A DNA stretch of 64,000 nucleotides from an uncultured Gammaproteobacteria bacterium. GTDB lineage: Bacteria; Pseudomonadota; Gammaproteobacteria; UBA6186; Azoamicaceae. The DNA is taken from contig CAWARU010000001.1 of NCBI GenBank assembly GCA_963784575.1, forward strand, positions 2,375,244-2,439,243, given 5' to 3'. The notes under the pieces are model-generated. The model did not search any database and had not been told where the DNA came from. It saw nothing but the letters and a program-made list of their open reading frames with translations. Both the position numbers and the translations under genes were made by a program. Shown piece after piece: positions 28,819 to 38,281 of the stretch. Every line of letters begins with the position of its first letter. Positions within the stretch are counted from its first letter, which is position 1.

Positions 28819-30022
28819 AGAGAATAAAATAATTAGAATTTTATTATTATTTACTTGGTTTACAGTTATAATTCTCGCATTAAAATTTGTTCAAAGAAAG
28901 CTTGCCAGAGCTGCCAGCAAGTTCATTTTACCAGCGCAATCAAGAGATTTTACCTATCTAAAGGTTGGTCTAGACAATAATCGTGTTTTGGCATCAGAGT
29001 ACATGGCTATTTGGAAAGCAAATATTGTGGAGAATAATATGCGATTTTATGTGCATAAATTGCCTCTCCAGAGATTGAATGTTTTTGAAATAGAGGTTTC
29101 AGCGGAAGCTCAAGATATCATAGTTTTCAACACAAATGATTCGTGTTATGAAGAGAATCTCGAATATCTTTTTTTAATGGCTCAAGGTACAAAATGCAAT
29201 ATTTTTGCTTTTAATTATAGGACTGTTAATTCTAATAGAAGAGAGGGAATTATTAAACAAGAATTAATCGATGATGGAAAGGAAGTCTATCGTTTTGTTA
29301 AAACTAGAAGAGGTAGATCAAATGGAATAATTTTGTATGGTCATTCCTTAGGTGCAATGATTGCCATATTTGTTGCCATTGATTGTTTTAAAAATAACCA
29401 GTCCGTTAAAATATTCAGTGATCGTGCTCCCGCAAGCTTATCTGAAGCTGTTTGCGGTTTGGCACGAACAATCTTTGAAAATCCAGATAAAATAGGATTA
29501 AACTGTTCTCCAAGACCAATGATTGGTAGGATTCTGTCTATGATTATTTGGCCAATCGTTAAAATTGGTTTAATATTGCTCGGATGGGAAATGAATGTAG
29601 CGACTGCATTCAGAGAAATTCCAGATGATGTTAAAGAATATACGGTGATTCGATCAAAAAAAGAGGATCGAAGTTATGATCGCTTAAGTGCCAGGCATGT
29701 TGATGATCTCATTATTTATTTTCGCAGTAGTTTATATGCTGCCTTAAGTCGAGAAACAAAAGCACAGAAAAACAGTCTTAAGTCCACAATTCAAGAAATG
29801 CAGCTTGAACAGCAATTTGGAAAAACTATTGATGAGGAGCGTCTTAAGCAAGTACAACAGCGTCTCGCTCTTTTAAAGGCTAGGAAGTTTAATGGATCAA
29901 CAAAAGATAGTCATGGTGTACCATTGATGTTTTTGAAGAGTCGTAATGATGATAGAACGGGGCTAAAGTTACTCGCAGAATTTTGCCATAGAAACCAGGA
30001 TATACAAATTCCTAAATTTTAG
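28808..30022 (+). CDS. Membrane-anchored alpha/beta-hydrolase (GxSxG serine hydrolase)
   Basis: Start overlaps the MFS stop. Has an N-terminal TM helix and the nucleophile elbow GHSLGA within ..GIILYGHSLGAMIAIF.. Confidence 0.65.
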   Translation: MTNEENKIIRILLLFTWFTVIILALKFVQRKLARAASKFILPAQSRDFTYLKVGLDNNRVLASEYMAIWKANIVENNMRFYVHKLPLQRLNVFEIEVSAEAQDIIVFNTNDSCYEENLEYLFLMAQGTKCNIFAFNYRTVNSNRREGIIKQELIDDGKEVYRFVKTRRGRSNGIILYGHSLGAMIAIFVAIDCFKNNQSVKIFSDRAPASLSEAVCGLARTIFENPDKIGLNCSPRPMIGRILSMIIWPIVKIGLILLGWEMNVATAFREIPDDVKEYTVIRSKKEDRSYDRLSARHVDDLIIYFRSSLYAALSRETKAQKNSLKSTIQEMQLEQQFGKTIDEERLKQVQQRLALLKARKFNGSTKDSHGVPLMFLKSRNDDRTGLKLLAEFCHRNQDIQIPKF

Positions 30023-30054
30023 ATGGTAACCGGCCATTGGCATGGCAAATTTGT

Positions 30055-31269
30055 TTAATCGACCAGTCCTGATAGATTTTCTATTATTTTCTTTATGTGC
30101 TGCAAGAATTTGGAGGCTTCAATACCATTAATGATACGATGGTCAATTGTCAGTGAGAGATGAAGGTAGTTTAATTCTGGAGGGTAGGGGGAGCCTAAAA
30201 ACAACAGTGCTATTGCGGGATCAACTAAAAGAGGCGACCCCCAGACTACCCCACAATCTCCCATATAACTTAAAATGATATTGGGCCGTAATTTGATTTG
30301 ATCTTCCCCATCTAATGCTCGTTCAACGCGGGTTTGCAAAGCATCTATGAAGCTATCAAAATTTAAGGTGTCTGCTGCAGGGATCACAGCTGTTACTAAA
30401 TCATCTTGGTGAGTTTGAACAGCAATCCCTAAATTAACATGAGAAAATTCGCGTTTAATAGATTTACCGATGAGCATGGTTCGAAATAAAGGATATTTTA
30501 TACAAGCTTGTGCTACACAATAAGCAAATGCTTGGAAGACAGAAATTGCTTTTTGATTATCCAAATCAGCACCCTGTTCCCTAAAGAATTGCGCAACTTT
30601 TTCTAATTTAATCAATTCAATAGTTGCGACCAAGGTTGCAGGAATAATATTCTGCTGGCTGGCTTTAAATCGCGCATTTAACATTTGTTGTTGTTCTGGG
30701 ATGTAAATGTCCTGATATATTCGTATATCTTCTTCCGCAGTTCTGGATACATTTTGCAGTTTATTTTTTTGTTCAAGATAATTGTCTACATCTGTTGATA
30801 ACAAAACAGAACCATCCTGCGGTATTGCCAGCATTTCCGCTAAAGATATCCCCGCCTCTTTACAATAGAGTCGAGTCCTGGGGGGAATTTTTCTGAATAT
30901 TTTTTTTTCGTCTTCACTCAACAAAAGTTGTTTGTCATTTTGTGATGGAAAATTTGACATACTTTCTTTTTCAGGCTCGCAAACAACTTTGGAGTGTGTA
31001 TCTATGGTTTCAATTGTACCAATTCTAGCACCTACGGCTACGATATCTCCTTCATTTACTTCCCAACTCAGCAAATGACCGCCAACCAGAGCTTCAATTT
31101 CGAAAGTAGATTTATCTGTTTCCATTATATATAAAACCTGATCTTTTTCTATTTTTTCACCAAGATTTTTTAAAAAACGAATAATAGTTACCTCTCTCAA
31201 TCCTTCCCCCATTTGAGGAACAATAATTTCAGAAATAACAGGGCTAATTGTTGCAGTTTGTTTAGACAT
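30055..31269 (-). CDS. 2-oxoacid dehydrogenase E2 (dihydrolipoamide acyltransferase)
   Basis: Lipoyl-lysine motif METDKSTFEIEA and catalytic DHRIINGIEASKFL. Confidence 0.85.
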   Translation of the reverse strand: MSKQTATISPVISEIIVPQMGEGLREVTIIRFLKNLGEKIEKDQVLYIMETDKSTFEIEALVGGHLLSWEVNEGDIVAVGARIGTIETIDTHSKVVCEPEKESMSNFPSQNDKQLLLSEDEKKIFRKIPPRTRLYCKEAGISLAEMLAIPQDGSVLLSTDVDNYLEQKNKLQNVSRTAEEDIRIYQDIYIPEQQQMLNARFKASQQNIIPATLVATIELIKLEKVAQFFREQGADLDNQKAISVFQAFAYCVAQACIKYPLFRTMLIGKSIKREFSHVNLGIAVQTHQDDLVTAVIPAADTLNFDSFIDALQTRVERALDGEDQIKLRPNIILSYMGDCGVVWGSPLLVDPAIALLFLGSPYPPELNYLHLSLTIDHRIINGIEASKFLQHIKKIIENLSGLVD

Positions 31270-31277
31270 ATATTTCT

Positions 31278-33356
31278 CTAGAGAATTGTTAAGGTGTTTT
31301 TAATTGCCGCAATGACATCTTCTACGGATGGCAAGACAGCATATTCTAGACTTGGATGATAAGGAATATGGATATCATCGCGCGCTACTAATTGGGGAGG
31401 AGCATATAAAAAAGAAAACCATTCCGTATTGGAAACAATATTGGATATGATGGTAGACCCAAAACTACTGGTTTTGTTATCTTCTTGCACGACTACCAAA
31501 CGACCCGTTTTTTCCAAGGATTTTGCTATCGTTTTCATATCGCAAGGTACAAGGCTTCGCAAATCAATTATTTCTAAGGAAATTCCAATTTCACTATAAT
31601 AAGCATCGACTTTTTCCATAAGTTCTAATATGTTTCCCCAACATACTACAGTGACATCTGTGCCCTCTTTTACAATCGAGGCAATACCGAAAGATATGGC
31701 CTTGAATTTCGTGACAGATTTCTTTATTCTCGTAATATGCTTTGGTATCAAAATGAGAGAAGGATCAAGATCTTGCATTGCGGCAGCAAATAAGCCAAAG
31801 GCATCTTCTGGTGTACTTGGTACGGCTACTCTAAGGCCAGGGATGTGCGTCCACCACCCTTCATTGCTTTGACTATGCCAAAGTCCTCCTGCTGGTAAGT
31901 ACGCACCGTATGGCGCATATAGAACCATAGGGCAAGACCATTGACTACAACTACGCCATCTCAAGCTCGCAACTTGAGAAACCAACTGATCAAACCCAGG
32001 CGTAATAAAATCAATAAATTGTATTTCAAATACGGGTCTATATCCATGAACAGCTAAGCCTACTGCTGCTCCAATAATTGTAGCTTCTGCAATGGGCGCA
32101 TTGGTTACACGATTGGGATAAAGAGTGCTAAGCCCCTTAGTAAAACCAAAAACACCGCCCTTTGGATCTTCGATATCTTGACCAAAAAGTAACATATTAC
32201 TATTTTCTTGAAGTCCTAAGTTAAGTGCCAGATTTATTGTATCCACCATTGTCAGCGGAGTCTGCAAAGTCTGCGGAGGTTGCAAAGTCTGCGAAGACTG
32301 CGAAATTTGCTGAGACAGAGGGAATTCCGTGAATAGTTCGCGATGGGTAACGGCCGCACCATACAAATGTTCTTTTATATTTAGATCGGGTTCCTCTTTT
32401 TGATTTTCTAAAACTTCATCAAAAGTAGCAAAGACATCATTTTGCAGAGATAGTTCTATTTTTGTTAATTCTTCTTCTGTTAAGTGGCCCTGTTTTATAA
32501 GATGAGCGGCATAAACCTGGATCGGATCACACAAAGCCGCCAATTCATCAGGCGTTCTATAAAGTCTGTGATCTTCTCCCACGGTATGTGAATCAAGCCT
32601 ATCTACAGAACACCATAAAATACTTGGGCCTAGACCTTGCCTCACTTTTTCAATTGCTCGGGCTGCACAATCAAGAACTTGCAATACATCCCGGCCATCT
32701 ATCTGAGTCAGCAATTCTTGATTAAATATGCCCATCTGAAAAGGTAAGAATTTTGCAGTAGGAGTGCTAATTGCATATTGATTATCTTCTACTAAAAAAA
32801 TAATGGGTAATTGCTCTTGGACGGCATGGCAAACTGCCTCATAAAATTCTCCCTCACGGGTTGCTCCATCTCCAATGCTACAAACGGTGAGATGATTCAA
32901 TTTGTCCATTTTTTGGGCCCAGGCTGAACCAACGGCAGGCAAACATTGTGATGCAGTCGGGGCAGCACTCGGAAAGACTTTATAAGTGAATGAACCACAA
33001 TGAGCAACCATACTTCTACCCCCAGAAGTCGAAGATGGCTTTGCTAAGAAATCCTGGACTAATTCTTTGATGGTTATCCCTTTCCCAAGCATTAAATGAC
33101 TTCCCCTATAGTAGGGAAAAAGATAATCTTCTTTATTCAATAAAAAAGGAATAGCCATCAAACCTTCATGTCCACTACTTGAGACATGAACATGAGCCCT
33201 ACCTTGTCTTACCAGCATAGCGCTTTTTTTATCAAATGAGCGCACTTGAAGCATCAAGCGAAGTAAATTTAAGTGCGTACTTCTCTTCACTCTCTTCATG
33301 AGAATGTCTTCCGGCGAATGCTGATGTTGCTCCTGCAAAACTATTTCATTAAACAT
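31278..33356 (-). CDS. Fused E1 alpha-beta subunit of a (branched-chain) 2-oxoacid dehydrogenase, TPP-dependent
   Basis: 692 aa. TPP motif GDGATREGEFYEA in the N-half and a transketolase-like beta half. The halves are joined by a short QTLQ-repeat linker. Confidence 0.85.
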   Translation of the reverse strand: MFNEIVLQEQHQHSPEDILMKRVKRSTHLNLLRLMLQVRSFDKKSAMLVRQGRAHVHVSSSGHEGLMAIPFLLNKEDYLFPYYRGSHLMLGKGITIKELVQDFLAKPSSTSGGRSMVAHCGSFTYKVFPSAAPTASQCLPAVGSAWAQKMDKLNHLTVCSIGDGATREGEFYEAVCHAVQEQLPIIFLVEDNQYAISTPTAKFLPFQMGIFNQELLTQIDGRDVLQVLDCAARAIEKVRQGLGPSILWCSVDRLDSHTVGEDHRLYRTPDELAALCDPIQVYAAHLIKQGHLTEEELTKIELSLQNDVFATFDEVLENQKEEPDLNIKEHLYGAAVTHRELFTEFPLSQQISQSSQTLQPPQTLQTPLTMVDTINLALNLGLQENSNMLLFGQDIEDPKGGVFGFTKGLSTLYPNRVTNAPIAEATIIGAAVGLAVHGYRPVFEIQFIDFITPGFDQLVSQVASLRWRSCSQWSCPMVLYAPYGAYLPAGGLWHSQSNEGWWTHIPGLRVAVPSTPEDAFGLFAAAMQDLDPSLILIPKHITRIKKSVTKFKAISFGIASIVKEGTDVTVVCWGNILELMEKVDAYYSEIGISLEIIDLRSLVPCDMKTIAKSLEKTGRLVVVQEDNKTSSFGSTIISNIVSNTEWFSFLYAPPQLVARDDIHIPYHPSLEYAVLPSVEDVIAAIKNTLTIL

Positions 33357-34462
33357 TGGGCAGCCAGGTTGTAAGGAAGGTTATGATCTTTTGAATATGT
33401 CAATAAATCTAATACTTTCTTGTGGATATTATCTTCGATCCATTTTTGGGCGTGTTCTAATGGGTGCCCTAGATAAGAGTTTCCAGCAAAAACTGCGCCC
33501 CCAACATTTGCGATAAAATCGGGGATATAAATGATATTTCTTTTATATAAGAGATCGTCCATCTCTTCAGAAGCTAAAATATTATTTGCTGAACCACAAA
33601 TTATTTTTGCGTTAATGTCAGTGATTGTTGCATTATTAATCACTTCTCCTAAACCACAGGGTGCAAAAATATCATACTCACCTTTATGTATGTGAGAGGG
33701 CTCGACAACTTGTGTCTTGTGTGTCTTGCATTTCTCCTGAAATAGATGAGTTCTCTGCAAATCGATGTCAGTCACTGTGAGCTTTGCGCCTTGTTCATAT
33801 AAAACGCTCGCCAAAAGATATCCGACTTTTCCAAGACCTTGTACTGCAATTTTTAATCCTGACAGGTTGCTTTTTCCGAACTTAAACAGAGCTGCTGCTT
33901 TCATTGCTTCTAATACGCCGGCCACTGTCAAGGAAGCCAAATGGTCTATGTTATCATGGGAGGTTAAAGCTGTAATATAATTGGTGTTCTTAGCCGCAAT
34001 TTGTAAATCTTCTGGGGAAACACCACTGTCGCAGCCCGTGATGATACGCCCCTCTAGACTCTCGATAAATTGACCGTATTCTAGAAAGTAATTATGCTTA
34101 TCCACATTCTTCGATGGCTTAATCAAAACAGCTTTTCCTCCATTAAAGGGAAGCTCTGCAAATTTTGCTTTATACGTCATTGCTCTCGATAATTTGACTG
34201 CATCGAAAATGGCGTCCTCAATTGAGGAATAATAAATACAACGCGTACCCCCCAATGCTGACTTGTATTCCGAGTTTGCGCGATCAATCGATATAATCGC
34301 AATGAGATTTGAGACAGGATTAATCTTTACATACAATTCATTAGGACCAGTAATCATTTTATATAATGATTTTTGTAGTGAATCATGTGTTGAATTATGT
34401 GTTGAAGTATTTAATGAAGTATAGTCATGTCTTGAAATTACAGTTTGTTCGATACTCATCAT
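33341..34462 (-). CDS. Leu/Val/Phe dehydrogenase family amino-acid dehydrogenase
   Basis: GGTRCIYY, catalytic Lys context FNGGKAVL and NAD motif GLGKVGYLLA. Confidence 0.85.
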   Translation of the reverse strand: MMSIEQTVISRHDYTSLNTSTHNSTHDSLQKSLYKMITGPNELYVKINPVSNLIAIISIDRANSEYKSALGGTRCIYYSSIEDAIFDAVKLSRAMTYKAKFAELPFNGGKAVLIKPSKNVDKHNYFLEYGQFIESLEGRIITGCDSGVSPEDLQIAAKNTNYITALTSHDNIDHLASLTVAGVLEAMKAAALFKFGKSNLSGLKIAVQGLGKVGYLLASVLYEQGAKLTVTDIDLQRTHLFQEKCKTHKTQVVEPSHIHKGEYDIFAPCGLGEVINNATITDINAKIICGSANNILASEEMDDLLYKRNIIYIPDFIANVGGAVFAGNSYLGHPLEHAQKWIEDNIHKKVLDLLTYSKDHNLPYNLAAQCLMK

Positions 34463-34485
34463 GCCAAGCTCTCTAAACTACAACC

Positions 34486-35421
34486 TTACAATGCAGAGAG
34501 GATTTGTTGTAACCCTTCTTTCAATGTTGTTAAATGTTTCAAATTGGTAAACTTGAAAAATTGCGTTGGATCTCCGAACCGTCTGCTGACTTCATAATCA
34601 TACCTTTCAGGGGGCATTTCATGAAATTCTAATTTGGATTTCGAATTGGTTAATTCAATCACCTGTTCTGCCAGTGCTCTAATGGTTCCTTCTTGTCCAG
34701 TGGAGATGTTGAGAACACGAAAGTTGCTGCTGTCTTCCTTGTTCACTCTAATTGTTAATAACTTGACAATGGCTTCTGCGCCATCCTTAACATAGGTAAA
34801 ATCCCGTGTCTGCATCCCATCACCGTATACTTTAAGGTTATTGCCAGCTAAACCTGCTTCAATAAAGCGTGGGATAACCATTCGATTATCCTGTCTCGGA
34901 CCGTATAGATTAAAAGGGCGTATGACTGTTACATTAATATTTTCAGATTCGGCTTGACACTTAGCATATTTTTCTCCCCAAGCTTTTGCAATTGAATAGG
35001 AAGAAGAACCTGAAATTGGCATATCTTCAAAAGCAGCAATTCCTTGGTTCATAGAACCATACACGGAACTACTTGAAGCATAGATGACAGGGCATTTATT
35101 GTTGCTTTTACTCGCCTCAAAGACTGCTCTTACAATTTCGACTTCATTATCCATCTGCTTGGTAGAGTTTGAAATAACATTATCAACTCCTACGACTGAA
35201 GCAAGATTGACAATTCCATTTGCATCGCGAGCCAGTACCTTTAATAAACCAGGTTCGCGTGCATCTCTTGCTTTAAAATCGATATTTGCTTTTATATGAT
35301 CTGGCAATTTATTGCCGTTTGAAAGAAAATCAATAGCAGTGACGTCCCAACCTTGATTTAAAAATGCTTCTACAACGTGACTGCCATAGAAACCTGCCCC
35401 ACCTACAACAAGGACTTTCAT
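34486..35421 (-). CDS. NAD-dependent sugar epimerase/dehydratase (extended SDR)
   Basis: VVGGAGFYGSHV and YSIAK (YxxxK). Confidence 0.85.
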   Translation of the reverse strand: MKVLVVGGAGFYGSHVVEAFLNQGWDVTAIDFLSNGNKLPDHIKANIDFKARDAREPGLLKVLARDANGIVNLASVVGVDNVISNSTKQMDNEVEIVRAVFEASKSNNKCPVIYASSSSVYGSMNQGIAAFEDMPISGSSSYSIAKAWGEKYAKCQAESENINVTVIRPFNLYGPRQDNRMVIPRFIEAGLAGNNLKVYGDGMQTRDFTYVKDGAEAIVKLLTIRVNKEDSSNFRVLNISTGQEGTIRALAEQVIELTNSKSKLEFHEMPPERYDYEVSRRFGDPTQFFKFTNLKHLTTLKEGLQQILSAL

Positions 35422-36491
35422 ATTGTTTCCTCATTTTTGCCAGTTAAAATTTTCTCATACAATTGATTTATCGAAGTTCTTTGAATTTCTAAAGTAAAAT
35501 GGTTGTTGTAAATGTTAGAGCTTTCTTGGCCAAACAAAAGTTTTTTGTCTTTATTATTTAAGAGATCAAGTGAACACTCAGCAAGTTTTAAATAATTCCC
35601 TTTTTCAACCAAATAGCCATTTTTATTAGGAGTAACAAGTTCTTTTAATCCACCTACATTTGTGGCGACGATAGGCTTGCCGCAAGACATAGCTTCTACA
35701 ACAACTCTTGGTGTACCTTCTGTATCAGATGATAGAATTAAAAATTCTATTTGATTGTATAAATTAGCAAGGAGATTTCTGTCCAATATCAATCCGGTAA
35801 AAATAATTTTATTTTCCAGTCCAAGAGTTTTAGATAATTCTTTTAATTTTTCCTTTTCTGGACCAGACCCCACAATAAAAAATGCCAATTCTTCTTTATA
35901 ATTTTGTAATATTTCTCTGCAACATTTCAGAAAGATATCGAGTCTTTTTTCAGAGGATAGGCGCCCCACACATGCTATTATTTTAGTGTTAGGCTTTAAT
36001 TTAAACATTTCATTTATATCGATATAATTGCTTACAGCGGGTGGAAACACTCCATTGGGAATATATTGAACGGGAACTTTAGGATATTTTTCTTGGATTA
36101 CCAGCATATTGTGGCCGTCTACTGTTAAAGCGTTGGCAATCCTGTATGTATATATGTCCAAAGCGGTTTTCAATTTAAGGGAAAAAGAGGTTCTCACCCA
36201 ACCATGACAAGACATTACTATTGGAATATGAGTACCCAAAAATTTAGTTATTAAATAAGTAATATAATTGGCGTCATATCCGTGGCTGTGAATTAAATCA
36301 ATTTTGTTGCTGCTGACCCATTTGCTCAAATTTTGTAGATGCTTGATGTATCCTTCCTTTTTTTTAAAATAGAGATATTTTATTTTTTCCTTCTCCAAGA
36401 GATTTACAAAACTATCATTTTGATTAATAAAAATGGTATTTTCAAAATTAAGATCTTGCTTTTGACCTTTAAGGAGTTCCAGTAGATGCAT
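35418..36491 (-). CDS. Glycosyltransferase family 4 (GT-B)
   Basis: E-x7-E region EGTPRVVVEAMSCGKPIVATNVGGLKELV. Overlaps the SDR gene start by 4 nt. Confidence 0.85.
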   Translation of the reverse strand: MHLLELLKGQKQDLNFENTIFINQNDSFVNLLEKEKIKYLYFKKKEGYIKHLQNLSKWVSSNKIDLIHSHGYDANYITYLITKFLGTHIPIVMSCHGWVRTSFSLKLKTALDIYTYRIANALTVDGHNMLVIQEKYPKVPVQYIPNGVFPPAVSNYIDINEMFKLKPNTKIIACVGRLSSEKRLDIFLKCCREILQNYKEELAFFIVGSGPEKEKLKELSKTLGLENKIIFTGLILDRNLLANLYNQIEFLILSSDTEGTPRVVVEAMSCGKPIVATNVGGLKELVTPNKNGYLVEKGNYLKLAECSLDLLNNKDKKLLFGQESSNIYNNHFTLEIQRTSINQLYEKILTGKNEETI

Positions 36492-36545
36492 ATCTACTCC
36501 CCCATCTCACCTTCAGGTTCTGGTTCTAATATATGTAGGATTTTC

Positions 36546-37322
36546 CTAGGATTTTTTAAGCCAGTATCTTTCATAATACACTTCTGTTTGATTTGAAATA
36601 AAAGAGGAGTATTCCTCATACACTTTAATCATATGATCTTTGTCTTGCCATAACATTCTTGCCTGTGAGGCATACATGCCAATCGCATGTAATTTTCTCT
36701 GATAATCTATATCATGAATTAATTCTAACGCAGGGCTTAGGGAATTATCAATATAAGGAGACCCTTGCACTCCTTGATGAGCATATGGCATATCTTCATA
36801 ATACTTGATTTTATCAGTAAACAAATTTGTTTTCGAGAGATTTTCGATACTTTTCCTTGTAATTACGTGATCCACATGATTGCCAATACTCAGTGGGATA
36901 AAGATTGCATCAAATCGATTCTTCTCCTGAATATCTGCAATTTCCTGCTCCAGAATTGAAATTAATTTTCCTTCTTTTTCGGCTTTCCCTTCAAAAACCT
37001 CGTCAAACGAAGCATAGAAGTGCTTACCAATTTCATTGAATCTATATTGGCTTTCGAATTGATCGAGAAATAAAGGAATGAATCCAAGCTCTTTTGAAGC
37101 AGCTATTTCTTCTTTTCGGCGGATCTCTATGGCATTAGGGCCTAATCCACAACTTTGATGAAATTGTATAGCAGCATCTGATAGATTATTGGCTTCCGGA
37201 AGTCCGGTAAAAATATTTAATACATAGACTTCTGAGTTGTTTAGTCGCACTTCTTTACTTATAAGGCCTCCACAGGATAAGACGGCATCATCTAGATGGG
37301 GAGAAACAAACAATATTTTCAT
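36546..37322 (-). CDS. PIG-L/LmbE family N-acetylglucosaminyl deacetylase
   Basis: FVSPHLDDAVLSCGG and GNHVDH metal-binding motifs. Confidence 0.85.
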   Translation of the reverse strand: MKILFVSPHLDDAVLSCGGLISKEVRLNNSEVYVLNIFTGLPEANNLSDAAIQFHQSCGLGPNAIEIRRKEEIAASKELGFIPLFLDQFESQYRFNEIGKHFYASFDEVFEGKAEKEGKLISILEQEIADIQEKNRFDAIFIPLSIGNHVDHVITRKSIENLSKTNLFTDKIKYYEDMPYAHQGVQGSPYIDNSLSPALELIHDIDYQRKLHAIGMYASQARMLWQDKDHMIKVYEEYSSFISNQTEVYYERYWLKKS

Positions 37323-37469
37323 AAAGTCAACCTAAGTCAATTTAAGCCCAATGGCTAAGATGTAACAGACGCTAGTCGACAGTATACACTTCGTTTAGTC
37401 CATCAATCCACTATTTAATTTATTAAAAACTTATCCTTTAATTCCATTTTTTCATCGAATAGGTTAATG

Positions 37470-37499
37470 TAAGGAGTTTTCAATTAAGGAGTTTTCAAT
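37470..37499. repeat. Tandem 15-bp direct repeat (taaggagttttcaat x2) in a divergent promoter region
   Basis: Read directly. A second pair of atcaggttttt motifs lies at 37586-96 and 37606-16, spaced 20 bp apart. Confidence 0.8.
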
Positions 37500-37629
37500 T
37501 TTTGAACTTTTGAATTTATGTAGGCATTAAAGATAAAAAAATACCGGAAGATTGTGATGGTATGTTAGCTGTCAAATTAGATTCAATCAGGTTTTTGAAA
37601 CTTCTATCAGGTTTTTAAAAATAGATATT

Positions 37630-38232
37630 TTGAATAAGGCGGATCAGACAATGGATTTGAGCAGAATTGAACTCTTATTGAGTAAACATGAAAAAGTAGA
37701 GCAAGCAAGGGCTCTATTAAAAGAAAATGACCTGGAGAACAATATTGAGGTTTATATAAAATTGCATGAAGGATTGGATTTGGATTATGACAAGGATAAG
37801 GATAAAGTTATCCAAGAAATGAAAAAATACATGGCCCTTAACTTGCCTTATTCATTAATGCCTTCTCATATTGAAATAATGACTGCATGTTTATCTGATT
37901 CACTTGAAAACGACGGCAAAGATGAACCGATAGCAAAGCGAGCTTCAGAAGCTTCAAATGATGAAAATAAAACAGAAAACGGAGAATACAACAATCTTAG
38001 GGTAGAATCGGTTCTTCTGGATGTATGGCGCAGTGTTTTGGGAAATAAAGGAATACAGGTTGATGACAATTTCATGGACTTGGGTGGAGATTCCCTCAAA
38101 GCTACTGCCATCATTTCTCAGATTAAAAAGATACTGCAAGTTAATATATCCTTTAGAGAATTTTTTTCTTTTCCCAAAATATGTTTGCTCTGTAAACTAA
38201 TTGATGAAAAGAACTCAGTAAAAACACAGTAA
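37630..38232 (+). CDS. NRPS fragment: adenylation C-terminal subdomain (A8-A10) fused to a peptidyl carrier protein
   Basis: Begins within an A8-like RIELLL.., then LPYSLMP (A9-like) and NDGK (A10 Lys), followed by the PCP motif LGGDSLKA. There is no A-core upstream. The track uses a TTG start. Confidence 0.7.
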   Translation: MNKADQTMDLSRIELLLSKHEKVEQARALLKENDLENNIEVYIKLHEGLDLDYDKDKDKVIQEMKKYMALNLPYSLMPSHIEIMTACLSDSLENDGKDEPIAKRASEASNDENKTENGEYNNLRVESVLLDVWRSVLGNKGIQVDDNFMDLGGDSLKATAIISQIKKILQVNISFREFFSFPKICLLCKLIDEKNSVKTQ

Positions 38233-38281
38233 GCAAAGGCCATATATAAACTAAATTTTACCAAAGATAAAAAGGTGTCAT

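Noticed and set aside
32258-32310. Short imperfect DNA repeats (ctgcaaagtctgcg..) inside the fused E1 gene.
   Set aside because: They encode the QTLQ(P/T)P linker between the alpha and beta halves. This is an ordinary low-complexity linker, not an independent element.
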